The notes: generated by a model not told the origin, from the sequence alone. Positions 1 through 9,066 are shown, numbered from the stretch's first letter. The stretch is DNA of 56,497 nucleotides from an uncultured Clostridia bacterium (GCA_946006945.1 CAMFZN010000001.1:1-56497), one strand, 5' to 3'. Program-made: numbers and translations.

Positions 1-803
1 AGAGGTCTTAGAGTATCGAGGTCGATTGAGATCACCTTGTCGTACTCTGCATCCGGATCGCTTTCAAGAGGTCTGTAGTCATCCTCTCTTCCCTGAGCCT
101 TAAGGAAGGCTCTTGTATTCTCATCAGATGGGAAGATTGAAGTTGTTGCTCCAAGCTCTGCTCCCATGTTGGTAATTGTGCATCTCTGAGGAACGCTGAG
201 TGAACGTACGCCTTCGCCGGCATACTCAACGATGTATCCCACTCCGCCCTTTACCGACAGAATTCTGAGAACCTCAAGAATGATGTCCTTTGCGCTTACA
301 TTGCCCTTAAGGCTTCCCTTAAGCTCAACCTTGATCATCTTAGGCATAGGAATGTAGTATGCACCGCCGCCCATTGCAACGGCAACATCCATTCCGCCGG
401 CACCGATTGCGAGCATACCGAGACCTCCGCCTGTTGGGGTGTGTGAGTCTGAGCCTATTAATGTTTTGCCCGGAATTCCGAATCTCTCGTAGTGAACCTG
501 ATGGCAGATTCCGTTACCCGGCCTTGAGTAGTAAACGCCGTGTTTTGCGCATACGCTCTGAATATATCTGTGGTCGTCCGCGTTCTCGAAGCCGGACTGA
601 AGTGTGTTGTGGTCAATATATGCAACAGACTTCTCAGTCTTTACCCTTGGAATCCCCATCGACTCGAACTCGAGGTAGGCCATTGTGCCTGTTGCATCCT
701 GTGTAAGTGTCTGATCGATTCTTAGTCCAACCTCTGAACCGGGAATCATCTCACCGCTTACAAGATGGTCTCTAATAATCTTCTGTGCAATTGTATAACC
801 CAT
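1..803 (-). CDS. aconitate hydratase, N-terminal part (3' end runs off the window edge)
   Basis: Hand translation of the reverse strand from ATG at 803-801 gives MGYTIAQKIIRDHLVSGEM...IDQTLTQDATGTM...GICHQVHYERF...LIGSDSHTPTGGGLGMLAIGAGG...CTITNMGAELGATTS, open to position 1. These are aconitase-family motifs. The open-ended ORF is absent from the supplied track. Confidence 0.85.
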   Translation of the reverse strand, partial: MGYTIAQKIIRDHLVSGEMIPGSEVGLRIDQTLTQDATGTMAYLEFESMGIPRVKTEKSVAYIDHNTLQSGFENADDHRYIQSVCAKHGVYYSRPGNGICHQVHYERFGIPGKTLIGSDSHTPTGGGLGMLAIGAGGMDVAVAMGGGAYYIPMPKMIKVELKGSLKGNVSAKDIILEVLRILSVKGGVGYIVEYAGEGVRSLSVPQRCTITNMGAELGATTSIFPSDENTRAFLKAQGREDDYRPLESDPDAEYDKVISIDLDTLRP

Positions 804-821
804 GATATTCCCCCTGTTTTA

Positions 822-2201
822 TTATCTTACGTTTATGCTTGTAAGATATTCATCGACCTTGTGTCTCATCTCCTCAGAGCCGATTGACGCAACTCTTCCT
901 GACTCGTACTCGCTGTCAATCCAGTTCTTTACGTACATAACGACATCGCTCTTCTTGTTAACAACATCGTTGCCCTCAAGGCCGTAGTTATCGTTAATCC
1001 ATCTCGCCACACCGGCAAGTCCTGAATTCTGATTGATTGTAACTGTAGGCGGTCTCTTGAGGAACTTCTTGGTATCGAAGATATTGTAGATCTCCTCGTT
1101 CTTGAGAAGTCCGTCCGCATGGATTCCCGCCTTGGTTGTGTTGAAGTTCTCGCCGACGAAAGGAGTCTGCTCCGGAATCTTGTATCCGATCTTCTCCTCA
1201 TAGTATCTTGCAAGGTCTGTGATAACTGTTGTATCCATTCCGTCAAGAGTTCCGCGAAGCTGCGCATACTCAAATACCATCGCCTCAAGAGGAACGTTTC
1301 CTGTTCTCTCGCCGATTCCAAAGAGTGTGCAGCTGACTCCTGAGCAGCCGTAGAGCCATGCTGTCGCAGCATTTGTTACAGCCTTGTAGAAGTCGTTGTG
1401 ACCATGCCATTCAAGCATCTCGCTAGGAACATCCGCGTAATGCTGAAGACCGTAGATGATTCCGGGAACGCTTCTTGGAAGCGCTACTCCATTGTAAGGA
1501 ATTCCGTAGCCGAGCGTATCGCAGGCTCTGATCTTGGCAGGCATGCCGGCCTGCTCCGAAAGCTTCTGAATCTCTCTTACGAAAGGTACGACGAAGCCGT
1601 AGAAATCGGCTCTTGTAATATCCTCAAGGTGGCATCTTGGCATTACCCCTGCCTCAAAAGCATCATAAATCACCGACAGATAATGCTCCATCGCCTGTCT
1701 TCTTGTCATGTTCAGCTTCGTAAAAATATGATAGTCCGAGCAGCTTACAAGAATTCCTGTCTCCTTAATGCCCAGATCCTTAACGAGCTTGAAGTCCTCC
1801 TTCTTCGCTCTGATCCAGGTGGTAATCTCAGGAAACTCAAGACCGAGGTCCATGCATCTCTTGATGGCCTCTCTGTCTCTCTCGCTGTATGCAAAAAACT
1901 CTGTCTGGCGGATTATTCCGTTCGGCCCCGACAGCTTCGACATCATCGAGTATATATCAACAATCTGCTTTACCGTGTAAGGCTCTCTCGACTGCTGCCC
2001 ATCTCTGAAGGTTGTATCTGTAATCCATATTTCCTCAGGCATGCCGTAAGGGCTCTGTCTGTGGTTGAAGGAAACCTTCGGAATCTCCGTATACTCGAAA
2101 AATTCCCTAAACAGATTAGGCTCATCAACATCCTGTATCCTGTAGTTATATGCATCTATCTCAAGCAGGTTCGTCTTCGAATTCAGCTTAACATTCTCCA
2201 T
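822..2201 (-). CDS. homocitrate/2-isopropylmalate synthase-family enzyme, probable Re-face citrate synthase
   Basis: ORF 822..2297. I prefer the internal ATG at 2201 (MENVKLNS...), preceded by GGAGG 8 nt upstream. It has the HMGL-like DRE-TIM signature (ITDTTFRDGQQ, HGHNDFY, GIGERTGN). It lies immediately upstream of aconitase in the same orientation. Confidence 0.75.
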   Translation of the reverse strand: MENVKLNSKTNLLEIDAYNYRIQDVDEPNLFREFFEYTEIPKVSFNHRQSPYGMPEEIWITDTTFRDGQQSREPYTVKQIVDIYSMMSKLSGPNGIIRQTEFFAYSERDREAIKRCMDLGLEFPEITTWIRAKKEDFKLVKDLGIKETGILVSCSDYHIFTKLNMTRRQAMEHYLSVIYDAFEAGVMPRCHLEDITRADFYGFVVPFVREIQKLSEQAGMPAKIRACDTLGYGIPYNGVALPRSVPGIIYGLQHYADVPSEMLEWHGHNDFYKAVTNAATAWLYGCSGVSCTLFGIGERTGNVPLEAMVFEYAQLRGTLDGMDTTVITDLARYYEEKIGYKIPEQTPFVGENFNTTKAGIHADGLLKNEEIYNIFDTKKFLKRPPTVTINQNSGLAGVARWINDNYGLEGNDVVNKKSDVVMYVKNWIDSEYESGRVASIGSEEMRHKVDEYLTSINVR

Positions 2202-2247
2202 ACAGCACCTCCCGTACTTATTATAATCTGGCCCGTCAGAGCTCTTC

Positions 2248-2267
2248 CTTGTATATTTGTATACAAG
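2248..2267 (-). promoter_or_regulatory. perfect 8-4-8 inverted repeat CTTGTATA-TTTG-TATACAAG, candidate operator
   Basis: Read directly. It starts 2 nt downstream of the -10 of the promoter below, so it covers the predicted transcription start. Confidence 0.45.
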
Positions 2268-2268
2268 C

Positions 2269-2297
2269 ATTCTATTCCTAGGCCGCAGATATGTCAA
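2269..2297 (-). promoter_or_regulatory. sigma-70-type promoter of the citrate synthase-aconitase unit
   Basis: On the minus strand: TTGACA (2297-2292), 17-nt spacer, TAGAAT (2274-2269). Confidence 0.6.
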
Positions 2298-2391
2298 CTT
2301 TTTCTTTTATCTCGTGCAAAAACTATGACTTTTCACGTGATTATGCCATTATCCCGCAATATCGCCTTGTTTTTGCGCAATTATTGTATAC

Positions 2392-2424
2392 AAAAAGCGC
2401 CCTGACGTAAGGCTTCTGGGCGCA
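2392..2424 (-). terminator. intrinsic terminator after the flavodoxin/ferredoxin gene
   Basis: 6-bp GC stem GCGCCC/GGGCGC (2397-2402 / 2418-2423), followed on the minus strand by a T run (AAAAA 2392-2396 on plus). Confidence 0.6.
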
Positions 2425-2437
2425 TCGTTAACTTATA

Positions 2438-3262
2438 TCAGATAAACCACTCCGGTTCCTTCCTTCTTCTGTACATTACCTCCATGGCAAGCCTGCTCGC
2501 CTCAGCGAACGGACCGTACATTCCCCTTGAACCGTTAGGGCATGACTTAATGCAGGCAGTGCACGAAATGCATTTCTTAACGTTGATCTTCGCCGGATCA
2601 TCATGTGATATAGCCTGCACCGGACATATCCTTGCACATTCACCGCAAAGAACACAATTCTTGCCGGGAGTCGGATGAAGAGGCATCTTAACCGGGCCCT
2701 TGCTAGGCATGCAGCCCTTGATGTCAAGCGGAGCAGGCTCAATCCTGAGGCCGTGAACGAGGCTTCCCGAAAGCCTGAGAATCTTTCCGGCCGCATTGTC
2801 TGCGAAGCTCCTTGCCATAGCGTAATCGTTCTCATCAGGTCTGTCCTGGGCAAGCCTCTCGAACATGCCGTGCCTTGTAATAAAGGCTCCGGCCGCGATT
2901 GTTCTGAAACCCTGATCTCCCGCGAAGGCATACAGCTCATAGAGCGAATCACCGTATGATGTGTTGCCGTAGCACACAACACCGACCATCATTGCCCCGC
3001 CGCCGTGGAGCTGATTGATCAGCTTGATCGCAGGCAGAGGAAGTCTTCCTGTGAAAACAGATATTCCGAGCACAACAACCGTGTCCTCATCAAAGTACAT
3101 ATCCTCCTCAAGAGGCTTTCTTATTATGTCATAGCATTCGCACACAACATCTTCAACAGAAGACACCTGTACGACCTCTGCAATTGATTCTGTTATTCTC
3201 TTTGTTATCTCAGCCGTTCCGCCTGAAGGACTGAAATAAAGGCCAACTACTTTCTTAAGCAT
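2438..3262 (-). CDS. flavodoxin-like domain fused to a 2x[4Fe-4S] ferredoxin domain (EFR1-type)
   Basis: ORF 2438..3295. Start chosen at ATG 3262 (MLKKVVGLYFSPSGGTAE...). Two CxxCxxCxxxCP motifs are near the C-terminus (CVLCGECARICP, CISCTACIKSCP). Confidence 0.7.
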   Translation of the reverse strand: MLKKVVGLYFSPSGGTAEITKRITESIAEVVQVSSVEDVVCECYDIIRKPLEEDMYFDEDTVVVLGISVFTGRLPLPAIKLINQLHGGGAMMVGVVCYGNTSYGDSLYELYAFAGDQGFRTIAAGAFITRHGMFERLAQDRPDENDYAMARSFADNAAGKILRLSGSLVHGLRIEPAPLDIKGCMPSKGPVKMPLHPTPGKNCVLCGECARICPVQAISHDDPAKINVKKCISCTACIKSCPNGSRGMYGPFAEASRLAMEVMYRRRKEPEWFI

Positions 3263-3341
3263 ATTAACCACCCTTTCTTCTGATGATTGTACCATCCCGT
3301 ATGTGAAGATAAGGGAAGATTATGTGAAAATGCATTCTATT

Positions 3342-3383
3342 AAAAACGGGGCTCTCAGACCCTTATCCGGCCCATGCCCCGTT
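3342..3383 (-). terminator. intrinsic terminator after trpS
   Basis: Stem AACGGGGC/GCCCCGTT (3345-3352 / 3376-3383) with a long loop and a flanking A/T run. Confidence 0.45.
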
Positions 3384-3416
3384 ATTATCAGTCATATGAT
3401 TTGTGCGTCGATACAG

Positions 3417-4508
3417 CTATTTGTCGTATCTTACACCGTAATCCTTCTCCCACTTCTCGAAGTAGTCGATCTTCATGGCTTCCTTTACGTCTCTTAGAGT
3501 CTCCTCAGCCTTGGCGCGCGCTGCCATGGTTCCCTTTGTAATCGCCTCGATTACCTCCTCAGGGTGAGCCTCGTAGTATGCTCTCTTCTCTCTGATTGGA
3601 GCCAGGAAGTCGTTAAGCACCTTGAAAAGGAACTTCTTTACCTTTACATCTCCGAGTCCGCCTCTCTGGTAGTGAGCCTTGAGCTCGTCGAGGTTCTTGT
3701 ACTCAGGAAGATACTTATCGAAATCCTCGTCTGAACAGAATGCATCGAGGTATGTGAACACGGTGTTGCCCTCGAGTGAGCCCGGATCCTCAACGCGGAG
3801 GTGGTTAGGATCTGTGAACATGCTCATCACCTTCTTCTTCAGAACATCCTCAGGATCTGAAAGGTAGATTGTGTTGCCGAGAGACTTTGACATCTTAGCC
3901 TGTCCGTCAGTTCCCGGAAGTCTGAGGCAAGCCTTGTTAGGAGGCAGATAAATCTCAGGCTCCACAAGAACGTCCTTGCCGTATGTGTAATTGAACTTTC
4001 TTACAATCTCCCTGCACTGCTCGAGCATAGGCTCCTGATCTTCTCCGACAGGCACGATGGTTGCCTTGAAGGCAGTAATATCCGATGCCTGGCTGATAGG
4101 ATATGTGAAGAAGCCGACAGGAATGTTCGCCTCGAAGTTCCTGAGCTTAATCTCATTCTTAACGGTAGGGTTCCTCTGAACTCTTGCCACTGTTACGAGG
4201 TTCATGTAGTACACTGTCAGCTCGTGGAGCTGAGGAACCTCTGACTGAATGAAGATGTTGGTCTTCTCAGGATCGATTCCGATCGAGAGATAGTCAATCG
4301 CGCACTGCATTACGCTCTCTCTTACCTTCTCAGGATCGTCAAAGTTGTCAGTAAGCGCCTGTGCATCTGCAAGCATTACGAATATCTCATCGTACTCGCC
4401 GCTGTTCTGAATCTCAACTCTCTGTCTTAATGATCCTACATAATGTCCGATGTGAAGTCTTCCTGTAGGCCTGTCGCCTGTGAGCATGATTTTCTTCTTA
4501 GTTTCCAT
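3417..4508 (-). CDS. trpS: tryptophan--tRNA ligase
   Basis: 363-aa ORF with class-I signatures TGRLHIGHYVG (HIGH) and KMSKSLGN (KMSKS). Size and N-terminus are typical of TrpRS. Confidence 0.9.
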   Translation of the reverse strand: METKKKIMLTGDRPTGRLHIGHYVGSLRQRVEIQNSGEYDEIFVMLADAQALTDNFDDPEKVRESVMQCAIDYLSIGIDPEKTNIFIQSEVPQLHELTVYYMNLVTVARVQRNPTVKNEIKLRNFEANIPVGFFTYPISQASDITAFKATIVPVGEDQEPMLEQCREIVRKFNYTYGKDVLVEPEIYLPPNKACLRLPGTDGQAKMSKSLGNTIYLSDPEDVLKKKVMSMFTDPNHLRVEDPGSLEGNTVFTYLDAFCSDEDFDKYLPEYKNLDELKAHYQRGGLGDVKVKKFLFKVLNDFLAPIREKRAYYEAHPEEVIEAITKGTMAARAKAEETLRDVKEAMKIDYFEKWEKDYGVRYDK

Positions 4509-4512
4509 TGTA

Positions 4513-5094
4513 TTATCCTCTTCTATAAATATCGTTCTCTGTTATAACTGCATCCAGAGGAACGTCGAACTCATCTACAGGTATTTCATCCGACATGAGC
4601 TTCTCCGTGCACAGCGCGATAAGACTCGCATCTGTTCCCGGAAGATATCTGTCATAGTATCCTGCGCCGTGTCCGAGCCTGTTGCAGCTTCTGTCACAAG
4701 AAACGCACGGCAGAACTATCAGGTCAATCTCCTCGGCCGGCACTGTCTCGGCATCTGCAGGCGGCTCCATTATTCCGTAAGCCCCCGGCACCAGTACTGT
4801 TTCATCAGTGTACAGCTTGGCCTCCATAATATGAGCCTTCGTATCCGTGCAAAGAGGGATGCATACCCTCTTGCCGTCGGCCCACAGCCTCTCAACAATA
4901 GCTGAGGTTCTTACCTCCTTGCCGTAATCAAGATAGCACATGACAGTGTTAGCACGACTGTATTCCTCTGTCTCGAGAAGTCTGTCCGCAATGACCGCAC
5001 TCGCCTCAGTGATATACCGATCGGTCAGTTCTTCTCTAATCCCGGCGATCTCCCTGCGTCGCCATCGTTTGTGCTCTCTCAATGACTCTTTCAT
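4513..5094 (-). CDS. 5-formyltetrahydrofolate cyclo-ligase
   Basis: 193-aa ORF ending in the family motif GHGAGYYDRYL. It sits 4 nt upstream of trpS. Confidence 0.8.
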   Translation of the reverse strand: MKESLREHKRWRRREIAGIREELTDRYITEASAVIADRLLETEEYSRANTVMCYLDYGKEVRTSAIVERLWADGKRVCIPLCTDTKAHIMEAKLYTDETVLVPGAYGIMEPPADAETVPAEEIDLIVLPCVSCDRSCNRLGHGAGYYDRYLPGTDASLIALCTEKLMSDEIPVDEFDVPLDAVITENDIYRRG

Positions 5095-5114
5095 CTCTAA
5101 TAACCCCTATATCC

Positions 5115-6509
5115 CTATATGTTGTTGATGATTTTCCTTCTGATTCTTCTTGTGTAAAGAACAGATGATGTGCAGCCGACTACCTCAGCAATCGGGAAGG
5201 CCCACCATACATTGTTTACATTGCCTGTCATTCCGAGAAGGATTGATGCAGGAATGAGAACCAGCAGCTGTCTCATTATTGAAATGTTCATGCTGTATAC
5301 ACTCTTGCCAAGCGCCTGGAAAATCGCTCCTCTCATAATAGCATAAGCCGCAAATGGGAAACAGAGGGAAATTGTCCTCAGGCAGCTTCTTCCGATCTCA
5401 AGCATGTACGGAGACGCGTCGAACATTCCAAGCAGAGTATCCGGAATGGCCCAGAACGTGATTGTTCCAAGCAGCATAATAACTATCGCATAGCTTACGC
5501 TTATCTTCATTACCTCTTCAAGTCTGTCTCTCTTTCTTGCGCCGTAGTTATATGCAGCGATAGGAACAACTCCGTTGTTCAGACCGAACACAGGCATGAA
5601 GATGAAGCTCTGAAGCTTGAAGTATACACCAAATACAGCAACCGCAGTCTTTGTAAAGCTTACGAGCACCTTGTTCATCGCGATGTTCATGACAGAACCT
5701 ATTGACTGCATGATGATACTCGGAATTGCTATTCTGTATATCTCCTTGATTATCTCAAAGTCAGGCTTAAGATGCTTTATATGAAGTGTAACCTCATGAT
5801 TCTTCTTAATATTGAATATCAGGCCAAGTACAAAAGCAAAGATCTGTCCGAATACGGTTGCAGCGGCAGCTCCGGCAATTCCCATCTCAGGTGCTCCAAA
5901 CCATCCGAAGATAAGTATCGGGTCGAGAATGATGTTAATCACCGCGCCTATACCCTGGGTGAAGAGGATATAGATTGTTTTGCCCGTAGCCTGAAGAAGT
6001 CTTTCGACTGTGATTTGCATCATGAAGCCGATTGACAGCATGCAGACAATGCTGAGGTAGGTCTTTCCGTATTCTATTACTACAGGATCGTCGATCTGCG
6101 CCTTAATCAGAGTCTCTGACAGGAACATTCCTACGCTGAAGAATATCGCGTAATTCACGAAGCCCAGCAGAATTCCGTTGTGCGCAACCTTGTCTACCTT
6201 CTCTGTAAGTCCCGCTCCGAGGTATCTTGAGAGAAGGGCTCCCATGCCGACTGCCGTTCCTATTCCGAATGAAATCATGAGCATCTGGAAGGGGAAGCAG
6301 AGCGTTACCGCAGTAAGTGCGTCCTCATTGATTCTCGATACGAAAATACTGTCTACTATATTGTATAAAGCCTGCACCAGATTGGACACAATCAGAGGAA
6401 GCGACATTGTAATAAGAAGCTTCCTAATCGGCTCAGTTCCCATTTTGTTCTCTTCGGGCAGGTTTTCTCTTCTGTCATTGCTGTTTACAGCAAGTTCATT
6501 TTCTTTCAT
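5115..6509 (-). CDS. MATE family efflux transporter
   Basis: ORF 5115..6533. Start chosen at ATG 6509 (MKENEL...) because GGAGG lies 7 nt upstream. It is a 12-TM-like hydrophobic protein with the MATE-type N-terminus PIRKLLITMSLPLIVSNLVQALYNIVDSIFV. Confidence 0.8.
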   Translation of the reverse strand: MKENELAVNSNDRRENLPEENKMGTEPIRKLLITMSLPLIVSNLVQALYNIVDSIFVSRINEDALTAVTLCFPFQMLMISFGIGTAVGMGALLSRYLGAGLTEKVDKVAHNGILLGFVNYAIFFSVGMFLSETLIKAQIDDPVVIEYGKTYLSIVCMLSIGFMMQITVERLLQATGKTIYILFTQGIGAVINIILDPILIFGWFGAPEMGIAGAAAATVFGQIFAFVLGLIFNIKKNHEVTLHIKHLKPDFEIIKEIYRIAIPSIIMQSIGSVMNIAMNKVLVSFTKTAVAVFGVYFKLQSFIFMPVFGLNNGVVPIAAYNYGARKRDRLEEVMKISVSYAIVIMLLGTITFWAIPDTLLGMFDASPYMLEIGRSCLRTISLCFPFAAYAIMRGAIFQALGKSVYSMNISIMRQLLVLIPASILLGMTGNVNNVWWAFPIAEVVGCTSSVLYTRRIRRKIINNI

Positions 6510-6542
6510 TCCATGTCCTCCGTTCTTATTCATTAAATCAAT

Positions 6543-6551
6543 ATTATAACA
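6543..6551 (-). promoter_or_regulatory. extended -10 element (TGTTATAAT) upstream of the MATE/5-FCL/trpS unit
   Basis: The reverse complement of ATTATAACA at 6543-6551 is TGTTATAAT. No good -35 was seen. Confidence 0.4.
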
Positions 6552-6665
6552 CTTTTGGAAGTATATGTAATAGCTGATTTGATGTCCGTGCCGCAGCTGA
6601 CAAGTTTGGATGGCTGTATTTGTTTGTTATTTGTTTAACGATACAAATATTTTTAAATCTTTTTG

Positions 6666-6694
6666 TTGCATATAACAATTTTTTGTAGTATCAT
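6666..6694 (+). promoter_or_regulatory. candidate promoter of the symporter gene
   Basis: TTGCAT (6666-6671), 17-nt spacer, TATCAT (6689-6694). Confidence 0.35.
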
Positions 6695-6754
6695 TGACCC
6701 ATATTCTTAAATTATACAAAGTCTTTAATTGAAACCCGGAAAGGAGATACGACA

Positions 6755-8200
6755 ATGACCGGATTTAACGCATGGCTAGAAAAGATTGACAGTGCTGTAT
6801 GGGGAGTTCCTATGATGGTTCTTATCCTCGGAGTCGGCCTGCTTCTTTCTTTCAGAATGGGCTTCCTCCAGTTCAGGAAGCTTGGCAAGGCTCTTAGATA
6901 CATGGTTCACAATGAGTCAGAGGGTGAAGGAGAGGTTTCAAGCTTCGCCGCACTCACAACCGCACTCGCCGCTACAGTAGGAACAGGAAATATCGTAGGA
7001 GTTGCCACAGCCGTCGTTGTAGGTGGTCCGGGCGCTCTCTTCTGGATGATCATAGCTGCCTGCCTCGGAATGGCAACAAAGTACGCTGAGGGTCTTCTGG
7101 CAGTAAAGTACAGAGTTCTCGACGAGAACGGCAAGGCTCTCGGAGGACCTTTCTATTACATTGAGAACGGTCTCGGGCCTAAGTGGAAGTGGCTTGCCAA
7201 GCTGTTCGCCTTCTTTGGCGCTGTAGCAGGTGTAATGGGCATAGGCACAATCACTCAGGCAAGCTCAATCACAGCTGCCTTCAATAACGTATTCGATCCA
7301 AACGGAGCTCATGTCGCATTCTCTATCGGCAACATGAGCTACACCTGGGCAACAACAATCGCTGCAATAGTTGTTGCAGGCGCTGCTGCTCTCGTAATTG
7401 TAGGCGGAATTAAGAGAATTTCAGACTTCGCATCAAAGGTAGTTCCTGCAATGATGGTATTATATGTTACCTTCGCAGTTCTGATTCTTATTTTCCACGC
7501 ATCGGAGATTCCGGGCTCTCTCGTAAGAATCTTCCAGAGTGCATTCGGAGCAAATGCTGTAGCAGGCGGAGCTCTCGGCGCAATGATGGTGGCAATGCAG
7601 AAGGGTATCGCAAGAGGTATCTTCTCTAACGAGTCAGGACTTGGATCAGCTCCTATCGCTGCCGCTGCAGCTCAGACCAAGGAGCCTGTAAGACAGGGTC
7701 TTGTATCGATGACAGGAACCTTCCTCGATACAATCGTTATCTGTACAATGACAGGACTTTGCATCATGACAACAGGAGCTTACGATGCAGCTCTCGATCA
7801 GGGACTCGAGGGAGTTCAGCTTACAATCTACGCTTTCGGCCACATGCCTTGGGGCGGAACTGTAGGAGCAGTAATCCTCTCAGTATGTCTCGCAATATTC
7901 GCATTCACAACCATCCTCGGATGGGATTACTACGGTGAGAAGTGTCTCCAGTACTTCACCAATAACAACATGGCTGCAGTTAAGATTTACAGATGGGTAT
8001 ACATCCTGGCCGTTCTTATCGGACCATTCCTTACCCTTTCTGCAGTATGGACAATCGCCGACATCTTCAACGGACTGATGGCCTTCCCTAACCTTGTAGG
8101 CCTCTTCGGACTTAGCGGAATAGTTGTTGCAGAGACAAAGAGCTACTTCAAGAGACTTGAGGCTGGCGAGATTGATGAAGGCTTCGGCAAGAAGAAGTAA
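6755..8200 (+). CDS. alanine/glycine:cation symporter (AGCS family)
   Basis: 481-aa polytopic ORF. The N-terminus (LEKIDSAVWGVPMMVLILGVGLLLSFRMGFLQFR) and the motif FAALTTALAATVGTGNIVGVATA are typical of AGCS. RBS GGAGA is upstream. Confidence 0.85.
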   Translation: MTGFNAWLEKIDSAVWGVPMMVLILGVGLLLSFRMGFLQFRKLGKALRYMVHNESEGEGEVSSFAALTTALAATVGTGNIVGVATAVVVGGPGALFWMIIAACLGMATKYAEGLLAVKYRVLDENGKALGGPFYYIENGLGPKWKWLAKLFAFFGAVAGVMGIGTITQASSITAAFNNVFDPNGAHVAFSIGNMSYTWATTIAAIVVAGAAALVIVGGIKRISDFASKVVPAMMVLYVTFAVLILIFHASEIPGSLVRIFQSAFGANAVAGGALGAMMVAMQKGIARGIFSNESGLGSAPIAAAAAQTKEPVRQGLVSMTGTFLDTIVICTMTGLCIMTTGAYDAALDQGLEGVQLTIYAFGHMPWGGTVGAVILSVCLAIFAFTTILGWDYYGEKCLQYFTNNNMAAVKIYRWVYILAVLIGPFLTLSAVWTIADIFNGLMAFPNLVGLFGLSGIVVAETKSYFKRLEAGEIDEGFGKKK

Positions 8201-8241
8201 GCTTTAATTCACCAGTATCCTTACCTTATACTTATTATCGG

Positions 8242-8281
8242 AAAAACAGTGCAGACGCTTTTGCGAATGCACTGTTTTTCT
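8242..8281. terminator. bidirectional intrinsic terminator
   Basis: AAAAACAGTGCA...TGCACTGTTTTT: an 8-bp stem flanked by an A run and a T run, between convergent genes. Confidence 0.8.
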
Positions 8282-8295
8282 TTCTTCTTGTTATT

Positions 8296-8982
8296 CTAGT
8301 CGGACCAGGATCTCCGTCCGTCGCCTCTTATGTCTATCACATCCCCGAGGAAGGTAGGCTTCACCTTGAGTATGGCCTTGAAGAAGTCCTTGTCTCTTGC
8401 CAGCACCTCTCTTGCCTCGCGGTAGAATCTGCCGCTGTATTTAATATCCTTACAGGCAATTCCTCTGGCATTAAGCCCGAGAGCCTTCGCTATGTAAAGC
8501 GCCCTGAACTCATGGTACTTCTGTGTAACGATGACTGCCGAGCTCACATTGAATACCGCCTTGGCTCTGTATATCGACTCATAGGTTGAGAAGCCTGCGT
8601 GATCGAGGAAGATGTCCTTCTTCCTTACACCATTCTTTATGGCGTACTTCCTCATGACCTCCACCTCGTTGTACTCAACCTGCCCGTCATCTCCCGAGAA
8701 CAGAAGCTTGTCCACAAGCCCCTTCTTATACAGCTCAATTCCCGTATCCAGCCTGTCCTTAAGCATGGCCGACGGCGTTCCGTCAGGCTTCACAGCAGCC
8801 CCCAGGACAAGAGCGCAGTCCGCAGTTGTCCCTTTAAGCTTCTCCTCATCTGTAAGGCTCATGCCGCCGATCAGGCAGACGATTGCATTTATTCCAAGCA
8901 CCAGCACCGCTCCGAGAATCACGAGCCTGATTAGCGGATGGCGCTTCTTTATTCTTTTGCTCTTTGATTTAGCCTTGCTCAA
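8296..8982 (-). CDS. SanA/YdcF (DUF218) family membrane-anchored protein
   Basis: 228-aa ORF with an N-terminal TM segment followed by the DUF218-like core (ALVLGAAVKPDGTPS...LLFSGD...FLDHAGFSTYES). Confidence 0.7.
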   Translation of the reverse strand: MSKAKSKSKRIKKRHPLIRLVILGAVLVLGINAIVCLIGGMSLTDEEKLKGTTADCALVLGAAVKPDGTPSAMLKDRLDTGIELYKKGLVDKLLFSGDDGQVEYNEVEVMRKYAIKNGVRKKDIFLDHAGFSTYESIYRAKAVFNVSSAVIVTQKYHEFRALYIAKALGLNARGIACKDIKYSGRFYREAREVLARDKDFFKAILKVKPTFLGDVIDIRGDGRRSWSD

Positions 8983-9066
8983 TATCCTTCTCCTTTATAC
9001 TTCGGTTATTATACTCCACCTGCTCCCTGCAAATATAAAAGCACAGTGAAAATTCCTTCCGCCTCC

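Noticed and set aside
2329-2344. CACGTG-centred 16-mer CTTTTCACGTGATTAT resembling parS
   Set aside because: It matches the parS consensus at only about 10/16, and the right arm is essentially unmatched. TGTTTCATGTGGTAAT at 46236-46251 (11/16) was rejected for the same reason.
1398-2405. 335-aa ORF on the plus strand, one of the longest in the track
   Set aside because: It lies in the codon-aligned antisense frame of the citrate-synthase-like gene (both frames are 0 mod 3). That frame stays open whenever the sense gene avoids TTA/CTA/TCA codons. The product is Leu/Arg/Ser-rich with no recognisable motif and has no RBS.
6534-6754. Checked for a glycine riboswitch upstream of the alanine/glycine:cation symporter, a common association
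   Set aside because: No GGAGAG...CACCG-type glycine aptamer core or paired aptamers are visible. The 220-nt region is AT-rich and has only promoter-like elements.
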